A DNA stretch of 64,000 nt from Candidatus Melainabacteria bacterium 17Bon1m. Its GTDB lineage: Bacteria > Cyanobacteriota > Vampirovibrionia > Obscuribacterales > Obscuribacteraceae. Position 1 is the stretch's first letter, and each line of letters begins with the position of its first letter. Shown in pieces: positions 49,126 through 58,565 of this stretch. A program made the position numbers and the translations under genes. The stretch spans positions 160,001 through 224,000 of the forward strand of contig JAVLKG010000006.1 in the NCBI GenBank assembly GCA_032128875.1, in the 5' to 3' direction. Under the pieces are notes generated by a model. The model was not told the DNA's origin and ran no database searches. It was given only the letters and a program-made list of their open reading frames with translations.

Positions 49126-50708
49126 TAGCTATCTCCTTGGGCATTTTCCGTGTTGCCTGAGCCGGGTGCGCTTGCCGCCAGCTCTTTTTTGTTCTGTTTG
49201 CTGGGTGAACTTGTTTTCTTCGTGTCCGCATCAGAACTGGACTGCGCCTGGGCATCAGAATCAGAGGATTGCGAACTGGAACTTTGCTGCGTTTCTGCAT
49301 CAGTGTTCGGCTGCGTTTCCAACGAAATTTCCGGCTTTGGTTCGCCAAAGTCTTTTGTGAGCTGGGTTTCGAATGCTTTGATCAAGCGTTCAAACCCGAC
49401 TTTGTCTTTGACTGAACGTCCACCGAAATAGAGCACGTTGTTTTCAAAACTGACCCAAACGTGTCTGTGCGGAATTGCAGCCATCAGTACGCCGACAATT
49501 ATGAAACCGAATGCAATATAAGTGATTGGCAATCCCGGATCGCATTTATATTGAAGCCCCGTCACCGGCATTGTTTTTATCAGCGAAATCGTGACGGGAC
49601 CAAGCTTTGCGGGTTTATCCTTCGAGAGTTCGGTGAGCATGCGCGGACCCTCCCAATCTGGGCGCTTTGCAAAGACTTTGATTGGCTTGCCATCTGCGCG
49701 TACAGAGAAAAGCATCATCGTGTCCTGGTCTAGTGGAAGGAAAGCGGCATAGAGTTTGCCCATCGGTCTCAAATCGAGACGCCTTTCGTTGCCGTTGAAA
49801 TTCAAGATGAGATGATCGAGTCCCCAGCTGGATTGATAAATGTCGACGCCATCATAAGAAAGCGGGTTGTTGACTGAGATCTCTTGAGTTTTGACCTCTT
49901 TGCCATTCTTGTCGATGACAGTCAATTTGGAAAACCACTGTTTTGCTTCGCCTGTCGGGTGGTCTTCTCTGCGAGTCTCATCAACTCTTACTGTCCAGTC
50001 AGGTAATTTGCCGATCCAAAGCTTGGAGTGTTCGGATTCGTGGAAATCGAGATGGGAATTGAGAAGTACTGGTTGAAAACCTGAGAATCCCGTCCATGAA
50101 GTGATTGTCACTCCGACTAGCAAAGTAAGCAGGCCTATATGGGTGACTGTCGCCGCCAGACGTCCGTACTTCCCATATTCCGCGAGCAAGCGTTCTTCGT
50201 TGGTTGAAACCTTGAATCCTTTCGACGCAAGCTTCAGTGCAATGGCTGTGAAAGCTGACTTCTCGCCCTTTGTTATGTTGACTGATGTGTTGACCGGAAG
50301 CTTGCCGATTTCTCTTCCACCGATAAAGGGTAGCGGCTTGTTCAACAATTTGACGCGAGGAAAAACTCTCATGAAGCTGCACGCGATCATATTGACGGTG
50401 AGCATTGCAATGAGGGAGAGGAACCACGGGCTGTGATAGATGTCTGTAATTCCAAACTGCGTAAGCAATTTCGCTGTCTCTGCACCGAATTGCTCGACGA
50501 CTTTCTCTTTGCCGTTGGCTGATTCTTGTGGGCACCAGGCACCAATAAGCACTGTTAGCGCTGTCAAAGACATCAGGAAAATCGTGAGCTTCACCGAAGC
50601 AAGCACATTTTTGACGCTTGTTTGCGGCTTCAGGTCTGTCTTTTCGCTTTCAGTGTTCACGTGTGTCCGGGTTTCCTGTCTTGTGTTTTGCTTTGTCGGT
50701 CGACGCAT
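49125..50708 (-). CDS. resB: Cytochrome c biogenesis protein Ccs1/ResB
   Basis: 'DIYHSPWF...ACSFMR', THIGL, SVNNPLSYDG..IYQSSW, DPGLPITY. Confidence 0.92.
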   Translation of the reverse strand: MRRPTKQNTRQETRTHVNTESEKTDLKPQTSVKNVLASVKLTIFLMSLTALTVLIGAWCPQESANGKEKVVEQFGAETAKLLTQFGITDIYHSPWFLSLIAMLTVNMIACSFMRVFPRVKLLNKPLPFIGGREIGKLPVNTSVNITKGEKSAFTAIALKLASKGFKVSTNEERLLAEYGKYGRLAATVTHIGLLTLLVGVTITSWTGFSGFQPVLLNSHLDFHESEHSKLWIGKLPDWTVRVDETRREDHPTGEAKQWFSKLTVIDKNGKEVKTQEISVNNPLSYDGVDIYQSSWGLDHLILNFNGNERRLDLRPMGKLYAAFLPLDQDTMMLFSVRADGKPIKVFAKRPDWEGPRMLTELSKDKPAKLGPVTISLIKTMPVTGLQYKCDPGLPITYIAFGFIIVGVLMAAIPHRHVWVSFENNVLYFGGRSVKDKVGFERLIKAFETQLTKDFGEPKPEISLETQPNTDAETQQSSSSQSSDSDAQAQSSSDADTKKTSSPSKQNKKELAASAPGSGNTENAQGDS

Positions 50709-50739
50709 GGCGTCGACCCTACAATAAAAATGCTGTCTC

Positions 50740-51462
50740 TTAAAATGCTGTCTCCTGGTGGGTTCCGCTCAAAATTTGATCGGTCAGACGTCGCGCTTCG
50801 TCAAAGTTGCCGCGACTGACTGCGCGATAAATATCTTCCGATTCTGCAAGTTCTCGCATGAATCCTTGTTTTTGCTCGTCTGAAAACGCGTTGTCTTGAG
50901 CCGTTTTTTTGAGCTTATCGGCGAGTGCGTTGAGGAACAAAACGTAGTTATCGATATCGTTTACAAGCACGCCCTCCAATCTTCCGATCAAAGCTCTTTC
51001 CAGTGCGTGACTGATTCCATCGGTCGATACTGCAAGTTTCAAATGTCCACGCTTGACTGATTGACCAAAGACAATGTCGCAGTCGGCGTTGAAATCTTCG
51101 GATGCGCTCAAGATCTTCGCTTCCGCTGCCGCTTCCAAAATCCTTTCATTCTCTTCTGCGTCTGCGCCGGTGGTCACGACCATAAAGAAATGACCGGAGT
51201 GAATGCGTTCGAAATCTCTGACGCCCATTTCTCTCTTTGTCAGAGTCAAACGATTCGAGTGCGAGAGTTTTAACTCTTCAATCTCGCTGGCAAATACAGG
51301 TGCAATTGCTTCCACCTTCGCGCCATATTCAATGAATCTGCTTATTTCTCTGAGCGCGCGTTTGCCGCCGCCAGCAATAAGAACATTACGTCCATCCACT
51401 TTCAAATTGACTGGCAGAAGATTGGCTAGATTTGCGTCTTTGGTTTGATGCGCGGATGTCAT
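50740..51462 (-). CDS. Precorrin-2 dehydrogenase/sirohydrochlorin ferrochelatase (SirC/CysG-N-like)
   Basis: LPVNLKVDGRNVLIAGGG, RGHLKLAVSTDGIS. Confidence 0.85.
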   Translation of the reverse strand: MTSAHQTKDANLANLLPVNLKVDGRNVLIAGGGKRALREISRFIEYGAKVEAIAPVFASEIEELKLSHSNRLTLTKREMGVRDFERIHSGHFFMVVTTGADAEENERILEAAAEAKILSASEDFNADCDIVFGQSVKRGHLKLAVSTDGISHALERALIGRLEGVLVNDIDNYVLFLNALADKLKKTAQDNAFSDEQKQGFMRELAESEDIYRAVSRGNFDEARRLTDQILSGTHQETAF

Positions 51463-51463
51463 C

Positions 51464-52489
51464 TCATTTCGTCCTTACAAGCACGTAATTAATGAGGTTC
51501 TCCAAGGAGTCCCTAGCATCTGAAGGAGCAAGTTTGCTCAACGATTGTTTGGCGAGATCGCCATAGTGACCGGCGAGTTTGACGGTGGCTTCGACGCCGC
51601 CGTTGGCTTTGATGAGCGCAATGCCCTCTTCCGAGCCTTCGTCCGAAACAATTTGTCTGGTTTTAATCAATTCGCGCAGCCTGTTAGCAGCATCGTCATT
51701 TCTTTCGAGAATGTAGAGCGCCGGCGCCGTAACCACTCCGGCTCTAAGATCGCTGCCCGGCTGTTTGCCGAGTTCGGTAGCTTCGCCGGTAATGTCCAGA
51801 AGGTCGTCGACTATCTGGAAGCAAATGCCCAGGTTGACCCCGTAGTCTTTCAAAGCTTGCACGACTTCGTCGGATGCGGCGTTGAGAATTGCCCCGGCAT
51901 GTGCGCCTGCGGCAAACAGGGATGCGGTTTTGGCGATCGACTTGTTGATATAGCCTTCCCAATTGACCTCAGTATTAAATTGGCTGCGCATTTGCTTAAT
52001 TTCACCTGCGCAAAGGTCGCCGAGAACTTGCCCGTATATGCCAACAACAACCGGATTCATAATTCTGGCAAGGCAAATGGAAGCTTGGGCGAAGAGTAAA
52101 TCGCCCAAAAGTACAGCCAGTCTGTCATTGAAGCGTTTGTTGACGGTTTCTTTGCCGCGGCGAAGCGAGGCAGAGTCAATGACATCGTCGTGGACGAGGC
52201 TGGCGGTATGGATGAGTTCCGTCAAAACGGCTTGAATAATGTTGAGGCGCCCGAGCTCGCGACCTTCAATCAGGCTGGCTTTCGAGCCCAGAAGGGCAAT
52301 CGCCACGCGAATTCGTTTTCCGCCTGACTGAAAAACCTGGGTAAGCAACTCGCCGACAAACGGGTTGTCGTCAATTAGGTTGGAGGTCAACCAGGTCTCG
52401 ACGATAGCCAGCTCCTCTTGAATCGGAGCGATGATGGCTTTGAGGTCGTCTTTCGCCTGTGTGGCGGCTTTGATTGGCGCGCTGGTCAT
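51464..52489 (-). CDS. Polyprenyl (solanesyl-type) diphosphate synthase
   Basis: GGKRIR, ASLVHDDVID..LRRG, KTASL, FQIVDDLLD, GKQPGSDL. Confidence 0.93.
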   Translation of the reverse strand: MTSAPIKAATQAKDDLKAIIAPIQEELAIVETWLTSNLIDDNPFVGELLTQVFQSGGKRIRVAIALLGSKASLIEGRELGRLNIIQAVLTELIHTASLVHDDVIDSASLRRGKETVNKRFNDRLAVLLGDLLFAQASICLARIMNPVVVGIYGQVLGDLCAGEIKQMRSQFNTEVNWEGYINKSIAKTASLFAAGAHAGAILNAASDEVVQALKDYGVNLGICFQIVDDLLDITGEATELGKQPGSDLRAGVVTAPALYILERNDDAANRLRELIKTRQIVSDEGSEEGIALIKANGGVEATVKLAGHYGDLAKQSLSKLAPSDARDSLENLINYVLVRTK

Positions 52490-52778
52490 TGGATTTGTCT
52501 GAGTTCCCTATAGTTTTGCCAGCCGGGCTACCAGCAGATGCCTCCGGCAGATCTACCGGATGTCATCTGGTTTTGCTAAGCTTTTCATATAAGGCCAATA
52601 CACGTCAACAAATCCACCTTACTAAGCAACTAAGAGAAACTTATTAGGTTTTTAGCCAGTGATCTGGCTTATACCTAGCTAAGAATCTATACTCGTGTGC
52701 GGCCTCTTTAAATTGTCCTCTTTGAAGCCGGAAATCCGGTGTTTCTGGCGGAACTGACCGACAGCGGAGCACCCTATA

Positions 52779-53291
52779 GTGGAGCAGAATCCCTTGCAAG
52801 ATCTCAAAAGACAAATTACTAACAAAGAAATCACACTACCTGACGCGCTTGCTAGGGCATTGCCATTGTTACGGGGCAAGGTCACGGACGAAAAACTGAT
52901 GTGGCTGGCGTCTGAATTGCAAGGCTTCCAAAATGGATTGGAATTTTTCCAGAAGCACGCCAATGACACTGCTCTGGCGGAATTCCCTGCTTACCGAATC
53001 GTCACCGGCAAAATCTGGTTGTTGACACCGCAAGGTACGCTGGCTGAACTCAACAATCCGATGACCCAACGTGAGAGAGTCTTCCTTTCTGCACCAGTGT
53101 CGTGGTTGGAAGAAGCGCTCAATGATCCCAACGATACTTGCCTAGTAGACATGACTGAGTTGACCAACCTTTTTGCAAAGGGCGTAGGCAATGTTGTATG
53201 CGAATGCCCGAAAGAACACTTGCGCGGCATTCTTTCTATCTTCCGCCAGCGCTTCATTCAAGTGCTCGACGAAGCAAGCCAAGTCAACTAA
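52779..53291 (+). CDS. AbiTii-like domain protein
   Basis: 'LPDALARAL...LMWLASELQGF...FPAYRIVTG' parallels the AbiTii W..ELNGY..LPDYR pattern. Confidence 0.6.
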   Translation: MEQNPLQDLKRQITNKEITLPDALARALPLLRGKVTDEKLMWLASELQGFQNGLEFFQKHANDTALAEFPAYRIVTGKIWLLTPQGTLAELNNPMTQRERVFLSAPVSWLEEALNDPNDTCLVDMTELTNLFAKGVGNVVCECPKEHLRGILSIFRQRFIQVLDEASQVN

Positions 53292-53422
53292 CCTGGCAGC
53301 GCGGGCGGCTCGCCCGCTTTGCTGTTCGAAAGGGCGGCTTGTACGCGCCCTTTCAATTGTTTGAACGATTTATGCGCTCAGTTAGAACTGGGCGTATAAA
53401 ATGCGGTTCTACACTGCTCTAT

Positions 53423-53830
53423 TTAGAACTCGTGGTATCCGAGCACAACTAGAACGCAGGCGCCGCCGTAGATCACGTTGAGCCCTGCATCTTCAGCGCG
53501 TTTGATAGCAGCTCGGCTTTCTGCCCCAGGCTGCATCCAAAGGTGTTTGACGCCAGCTTTGATAGCATCATCGACGACCTTTTCTGTCACCGCAGGTGGT
53601 GTGATGATGGAAACAGATTCGACCGGTTCTGGCAGGTCAAGTAAGGACGGATATGTGATTAGACCCTCAACCTCGCCCTCTGTTGGGTTGATCGGGATTG
53701 CCGGCCGATTGTTTTGCATGTAGCAGCGCAAAACTTTGTTGCCATACTTGTGGCGATTTGAAGATGCACCCGCTACCGCGAATTTAGGTGCGGCGAGGAA
53801 TTGATTGATTTTGCTGCCTTCTGCGTCCAT
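53423..53830 (-). CDS. CoA-binding protein (YccU-like)
   Basis: AVAGASSNRHKYG, PINP, YPSLLDLP, LWMQPG. Confidence 0.92.
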   Translation of the reverse strand: MDAEGSKINQFLAAPKFAVAGASSNRHKYGNKVLRCYMQNNRPAIPINPTEGEVEGLITYPSLLDLPEPVESVSIITPPAVTEKVVDDAIKAGVKHLWMQPGAESRAAIKRAEDAGLNVIYGGACVLVVLGYHEF

Positions 53831-53920
53831 ATAAATGTCTCCAGATGAAACTTTAGTTTAACCGACATGGCAAGCGACTGGTGATGCACGCGCCTCTGCG
53901 AAACCTCCGATGGCGTCGCC

Positions 53921-55003
53921 CTACATTCTGTAAATCAGTTGCTCTTTACTAATAACTGCATTTGATTCAGCTGCGGCGATTTTTTCTTTCACCAGGTCAT
54001 GATGTGGGGAAAGCTTGCAGACAGGGTCGGCTTGAGCTGCATCACCCGCGAGGAGAAACGCCTGACAGCGGCAGCCGCCTAGGTCTTTCTCTCGAAACTC
54101 GCATGTACGGCAAGGCTCGACCATCCAATCGAAACCGCGAAAAGCGTTGAACGCCGGCGACTCCTTCCAAATCCATTCCAGTGTGTTTTCTTTGGTAGAT
54201 GGAAAAGATAATGTTTTGATCGCGCTCGCTGCAAGGCATGGATAAGCAGTTCCATTTACTGAAATAACCATATGTTGGCTTGCCCAGCCGCCCATGCAGG
54301 GTTTTGGTGAACTTTCAATATAGTCGCCGATTATCCAACTGAGGTGCATTTTTCCCTGCAATTGATTTTTCTTTGTTTCATAAACAACTAGTGCGTCGCT
54401 CATTTGTTGTTGCGTCGGCAAAAGGTGGTCCATATTAGCGGCAGCAAAACCGTAATACTGTGTATTCGCTAGCTCAAGACGTTTTACGCCGAGGCTATGC
54501 GCCAGATCTATTATTTCGGCAACCTCATGAAGGTTGTGGCGATGCAGTACCACATTCAGTGCTAAAGGTAATTTCGAATTCGCGACCAATTTTAAAGCAG
54601 CTAATTTTTGCTGTTGCGCATCCCGGCCTGCAATCAATTGCGCGGTTTGCGAACTGGCTGATTGTATGCTGATTTGTATACTTTCTAGCCCGCAACTAAT
54701 TAACTCTGATACAACCATTTCAGTTAGCCCGATACCGCTTGTAATCAAATTGCTGTAGATGTCGTGTTTTTTCAAACGCTCGATGATTCGTGGTAAACCT
54801 GCATAGGCAAGAGGTTCTCCACCGGTAAGATTAGCCTGCACCACTGAGAGCTTTGCTGCCTGATCGATGATTGAAAGCCATTCTTCAACAAGCAGTTCAT
54901 TATCGGCGCGCACCAGTTCCAGAGGATTGGAGCAGTACAGGCACCGCAAAGGACAACGATGAGTCAGCTCCATCGTCAGGGTGTATGGATTAGAAACCGT
55001 CAT
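53921..55003 (-). CDS. pqqE: PQQ biosynthesis radical SAM enzyme
   Basis: ELTHRCPLRCLYCSNP, ELANTQYYG, PKPCMGGW, GGCRCQAFLLAGDA..DPVC. Confidence 0.96.
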   Translation of the reverse strand: MTVSNPYTLTMELTHRCPLRCLYCSNPLELVRADNELLVEEWLSIIDQAAKLSVVQANLTGGEPLAYAGLPRIIERLKKHDIYSNLITSGIGLTEMVVSELISCGLESIQISIQSASSQTAQLIAGRDAQQQKLAALKLVANSKLPLALNVVLHRHNLHEVAEIIDLAHSLGVKRLELANTQYYGFAAANMDHLLPTQQQMSDALVVYETKKNQLQGKMHLSWIIGDYIESSPKPCMGGWASQHMVISVNGTAYPCLAASAIKTLSFPSTKENTLEWIWKESPAFNAFRGFDWMVEPCRTCEFREKDLGGCRCQAFLLAGDAAQADPVCKLSPHHDLVKEKIAAAESNAVISKEQLIYRM

Positions 55004-55290
55004 TGTTTTAGCTCGATCCAGCCGCGAGACAGCGCGTCCATGAGAAATTCCGCAAGGTCTCTGTGCAATGTGTCATCTTCGTAGCGTACCGCAAGCTCAG
55101 AATAAATCATCTCTATGGTGCGATTGCCGTCGACTAGCTCAAGAACTTCCGACGCCGAATGATTGAGTTTGACGATGCATTCAGGCATGAGCAGTAGTTT
55201 GCATTGCCTTTCTTCGTCGTCTTTTAAACGGACGCCATGCGCCATCTGGAGGACTGATTCTTTGACAATGTTTTCTAGTCCGTCTGCCAT
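55000..55290 (-). CDS. pqqD: PQQ biosynthesis peptide chaperone
   Basis: 'LLMPECIVKLNHSASEVLELVDGNRT...RGWI'; position in operon. Confidence 0.93.
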   Translation of the reverse strand: MADGLENIVKESVLQMAHGVRLKDDEERQCKLLLMPECIVKLNHSASEVLELVDGNRTIEMIYSELAVRYEDDTLHRDLAEFLMDALSRGWIELKQ

Positions 55291-55295
55291 TCAAA

Positions 55296-56021
55296 TCACC
55301 GCACAACCTTGGAGGCGCATTCGTTTCCTTGAATCGCGTCCAGCATCGACCACAATACATCGCATTTGAATTCTACGGCTTTTAGCGCCTGAAGCTGTTT
55401 TTCCGGCGTGTTTGCTGCTGCTAAAACAATGGACAGTCCGTGTTCGGAATCTCGCGGTGCTTGACTCAGGCGATTGCGAAAGTATGTTAGACCGTCCTTG
55501 TCGATCCAATGATAATGCCTTTCTATGACTTCGATTCGATAGCTAACGAGTGTGGGTGCAAAGACTTCAGTGAGTGATGATGCGACAGCTAGCCACCATT
55601 CATTGTTGCGGCAATAATTTACGTACGCGTCAACCGCGAATATCACGCCCGGCAAAAAATGTTTTCCGTCGAGAAGCTCGTTGCGACTGATTCCGGCTGC
55701 TTCTGCAAACTTCAACCAAGCGTGAATGCCTCCATCATCTTCGGCGCGTCCGTCGTGGTCGACAATGCGTTCGCGCCATTTGATGCGGTCGGCTCGTTGA
55801 GGGAGTTTCGACAGAACAATGCCGTCTTTGATTGGCAAGCATTTTTGATAATAAAAACGATTTGCGATCCATCGCTGCATCTCGTCTTTGCTCAACAAAC
55901 CCTCGTGCATGCGGGCGTGAAACGGATGTTTGTCGTGATACTTCTCTTCCCCGATTTTTTTCAGGCGCGCGACAAACTGCTCTTCGCTTAAAAGTTGACG
56001 GCTCGACTGTAAATCAATCAC
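55296..56021 (-). CDS. pqqC: PQQ synthase
   Basis: YHDKHPFH, NRFYYQ..PIKD, RIVDHDG, FAVDAYV, ASSLTE, FKCDVLWSMLD; GTG start overlaps the pqqB stop. Confidence 0.95.
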   Translation of the reverse strand: MIDLQSSRQLLSEEQFVARLKKIGEEKYHDKHPFHARMHEGLLSKDEMQRWIANRFYYQKCLPIKDGIVLSKLPQRADRIKWRERIVDHDGRAEDDGGIHAWLKFAEAAGISRNELLDGKHFLPGVIFAVDAYVNYCRNNEWWLAVASSLTEVFAPTLVSYRIEVIERHYHWIDKDGLTYFRNRLSQAPRDSEHGLSIVLAAANTPEKQLQALKAVEFKCDVLWSMLDAIQGNECASKVVR

Positions 56022-57090
56022 GAATCTTGTTCCTGCAAGAGTTAACCGATTTGCTCGTTGCAAGCGAGAACGGCGCGCCGCTGCAAACAGACATTCCGTC
56101 GACTGCAATGTGGACTCCGGCGGTTTCGACCGCCCGTCTTTCCGTGGAATTATCGCGCAAAATCGGGTTGCTGTTGTTGATATGAGTGAGGAATTTTGCT
56201 CTTGCTTTCACCTTTTCAAGTTTTGCCAAAATGCCGCCTGCGCCGCTCAGTGGTAAGTGCCCCATCGTCTCGGCGTCAGGGGCGTTGCCGTCCAATGCCT
56301 GCAGCTCATTTGATGTATAAAAAGTACCGTCGACGAGTACTGTGTCGCAGCCGTCGAGTAGCCAGAGGAGTGCTTCGTCCCAAGCGCCGATTTGAGGGGC
56401 GTAGGCAATGGCGTCGGATGTGTCGTGTTTTGGCTCAGGCTCGACTTGGTTTCCCTCTGCCTCGACGTGCTTTCCGTTTAACTTTTCTTGGCTGCTTTCG
56501 AACTTCAGACCGATGACGGCGTCAGCGGTTTGGTTCGTGTTGGCGGATTGTTCCTCGGTTTGGGCGCCAATTTTCGAGGCGCCCACGTATCGCGGTTGTC
56601 TATTGCTGAGGCCCGCCGCTGTTACCGTCATAGAGTCGCCTAGCTTGAATGGAACGCCTGGCACAATCGTGAAAAATTCGAGATGGGCGTAGTTTTTCAG
56701 GACTGCCTTAACGGGGAAGGCTTTTTCCATCAAGCCCAGAACCGACGCTGTGGCATAGACCCGCAGACGTGAGCCTTCGCGCAGATTAATTAGTCCCATC
56801 GTATGGTCAAGCTCACCATCAGTGAGGATCACAGATTTAATAGGACTATTTCGAACAGGTCCATTCGGCGGCGGGTGGAGCTCGCAATGTCGTGCCAGCT
56901 GGTGTCTGAGGTCGACGCTCGGATTGACTATTGCCCAGGACGTTTCCCCGTTTTCCTCATACTCGACCGCCAAGGAGTCGGTCGTGCGCGCGCTCTCTGG
57001 GTTGTTTCTTGCAAAATTGCAATTTTCGCAGCCGCAATTCCATTGCGGACAGCCGCCACCGGCGCCCGTGCCCAGAACAATCAGGCGCAC
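56014..57090 (-). CDS. pqqB: PQQ biosynthesis protein B
   Basis: LGTGAGGGCPQWNCGCENC, LTDGELDHTMGLINLRE, VDGTFY, MGH, HINNSNP. Confidence 0.95.
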   Translation of the reverse strand: MRLIVLGTGAGGGCPQWNCGCENCNFARNNPESARTTDSLAVEYEENGETSWAIVNPSVDLRHQLARHCELHPPPNGPVRNSPIKSVILTDGELDHTMGLINLREGSRLRVYATASVLGLMEKAFPVKAVLKNYAHLEFFTIVPGVPFKLGDSMTVTAAGLSNRQPRYVGASKIGAQTEEQSANTNQTADAVIGLKFESSQEKLNGKHVEAEGNQVEPEPKHDTSDAIAYAPQIGAWDEALLWLLDGCDTVLVDGTFYTSNELQALDGNAPDAETMGHLPLSGAGGILAKLEKVKARAKFLTHINNSNPILRDNSTERRAVETAGVHIAVDGMSVCSGAPFSLATSKSVNSCRNKIRD

Positions 57091-57092
57091 GT

Positions 57093-57164
57093 TTACCTCT
57101 TGTGAATGTAGGCTGTCACCTCAGCGCCCGCGCTGATGATTTCGTAGCTGGGTTTTTCCCACAT
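57093..57164 (-). CDS. pqqA: PQQ precursor peptide MWEKPSYEIISAGAEVTAYIHKR (not in ORF track)
   Basis: Translated by hand; W.KP...E-V-T-A-Y (ExxxY) motif, GGAGG RBS, stop 2 nt before the pqqB start. Confidence 0.95.
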   Translation of the reverse strand: MWEKPSYEIISAGAEVTAYIHKR

Positions 57165-57320
57165 AAAGCCTCCAATTAATTTCTGCCCTGTTAAATTCGA
57201 ATGGGCGGATTCACATATGGTTTCAATCAGGATCATGCACGCGTTGCGCCAAACTAAACTATCATTTGTAGATTAAAGGCCAATCTATTTAGATTAAACG
57301 GTGATTGACAAGGGGGCGCC

Positions 57321-58556
57321 ATGAAGGCGAGTGTAGCCAAGAAATCCGAAGAGGCGAAAAGCGATAAGCATTTCGACCTGAAAGCTGTGCAGGCTGCGAT
57401 TCAAGATGAAGACCTAGACGGATGGCTTTTCTATTTCTTTCATGACAATGATCCGTTGGCGCTCAGTATTCTGCAACTGGAACAAGGCCACTTCACGCGC
57501 CGCTGGTTTTATTTTGTGCCGAAATCCGGCGAGCCTATCAAAATCGTTCATCGTATTGAGATGGACGCGCTGGATTCGCTGCCTGGAGAGAAACGCGTTT
57601 ACCTTGGTTGGAAACAGCTAGAGAGTGTGCTCAAGGAGACTTTGTCTGGTGTTAAAGAAGTGGCGATGCAATACTCGCCGATGAATCACATTCCTTATGT
57701 GTCAAGAGTCGACAGCGGCATTGTGGAGCTTGTTCGCTCCGCTGGCACGGAAGTTGCAACATCCGCCAACCTCGTCCAGAAGTTCGAAGCTGTGTGGAGT
57801 GACGACCAATTGAAGAGTCACGTCACTGCTGCTGAAAATCTGCGAAAGTTCATTTTCCTTGCATTTCAGTTCATCAAAGAACGCATTAATGGAGGCAAGC
57901 CGGTCAACGAGTACGAAGTTCAACAATATATTTGCAAGCTCTACGAAGAACACGGCATGGTGACCTCTTCACCGCCTATAGTGGCAGTGAATGGACACAG
58001 CGGATTGCCGCACTATCAACCAAACAAAGATTCTTTCAGCGAGATAAAGAAAGGCGACTTCGTTTTGCTCGATATCTGGGCAAAGCAGGGCACGCCGCAC
58101 AATGCAATATACGCCGACATTACTTGGACCGGTTATGTAGGTGATGCAGTTCCACAGAAATACACCGATATTTTTGAAGTCGTTCGCGGCGCGCGCGATG
58201 CTGCTCTTGCTTATGTTTCAGAGCGAATTGCCGGAAAGCATATTGTGCACGGATACCAGGTTGATGATGTCTCGCGTAACTACATAACTGAGCGCGGTTA
58301 TGGAGATAAGTTCGTCCATCGCACGGGGCATTCGATTTGTACCGAAGTGCATGCAAATGGCGCGAACATCGACAATTTGGAAACCAAAGACGAGAGAGAA
58401 ATTATTGCGCACACGGGTTTTTCCATTGAGCCCGGCGTGTACCTGGAAGAATTTGGTGTCCGCAGCGAAATCGATGCTTACGTGGGTGATGATGAGGTTT
58501 TGGTTTTTGGGCAACCTATACAGACAGAGATAATTCCGATACTTGCGCTCAAGTAA
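57321..58556 (+). CDS. M24 family (Xaa-Pro) metallopeptidase
   Basis: LLDIWAK, YADITW, HRTGHSI..EVH, FSIEPGVY..FGVRSE. Confidence 0.9.
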   Translation: MKASVAKKSEEAKSDKHFDLKAVQAAIQDEDLDGWLFYFFHDNDPLALSILQLEQGHFTRRWFYFVPKSGEPIKIVHRIEMDALDSLPGEKRVYLGWKQLESVLKETLSGVKEVAMQYSPMNHIPYVSRVDSGIVELVRSAGTEVATSANLVQKFEAVWSDDQLKSHVTAAENLRKFIFLAFQFIKERINGGKPVNEYEVQQYICKLYEEHGMVTSSPPIVAVNGHSGLPHYQPNKDSFSEIKKGDFVLLDIWAKQGTPHNAIYADITWTGYVGDAVPQKYTDIFEVVRGARDAALAYVSERIAGKHIVHGYQVDDVSRNYITERGYGDKFVHRTGHSICTEVHANGANIDNLETKDEREIIAHTGFSIEPGVYLEEFGVRSEIDAYVGDDEVLVFGQPIQTEIIPILALK

Positions 58557-58565
58557 GGAGCACCC

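Noticed and set aside
56022-56108. Extended N-terminus of pqqC as given in the ORF track
   Set aside because: It overlaps pqqB by about 95 nt; the GTG at 56021, coupled to the pqqB stop, is more plausible.
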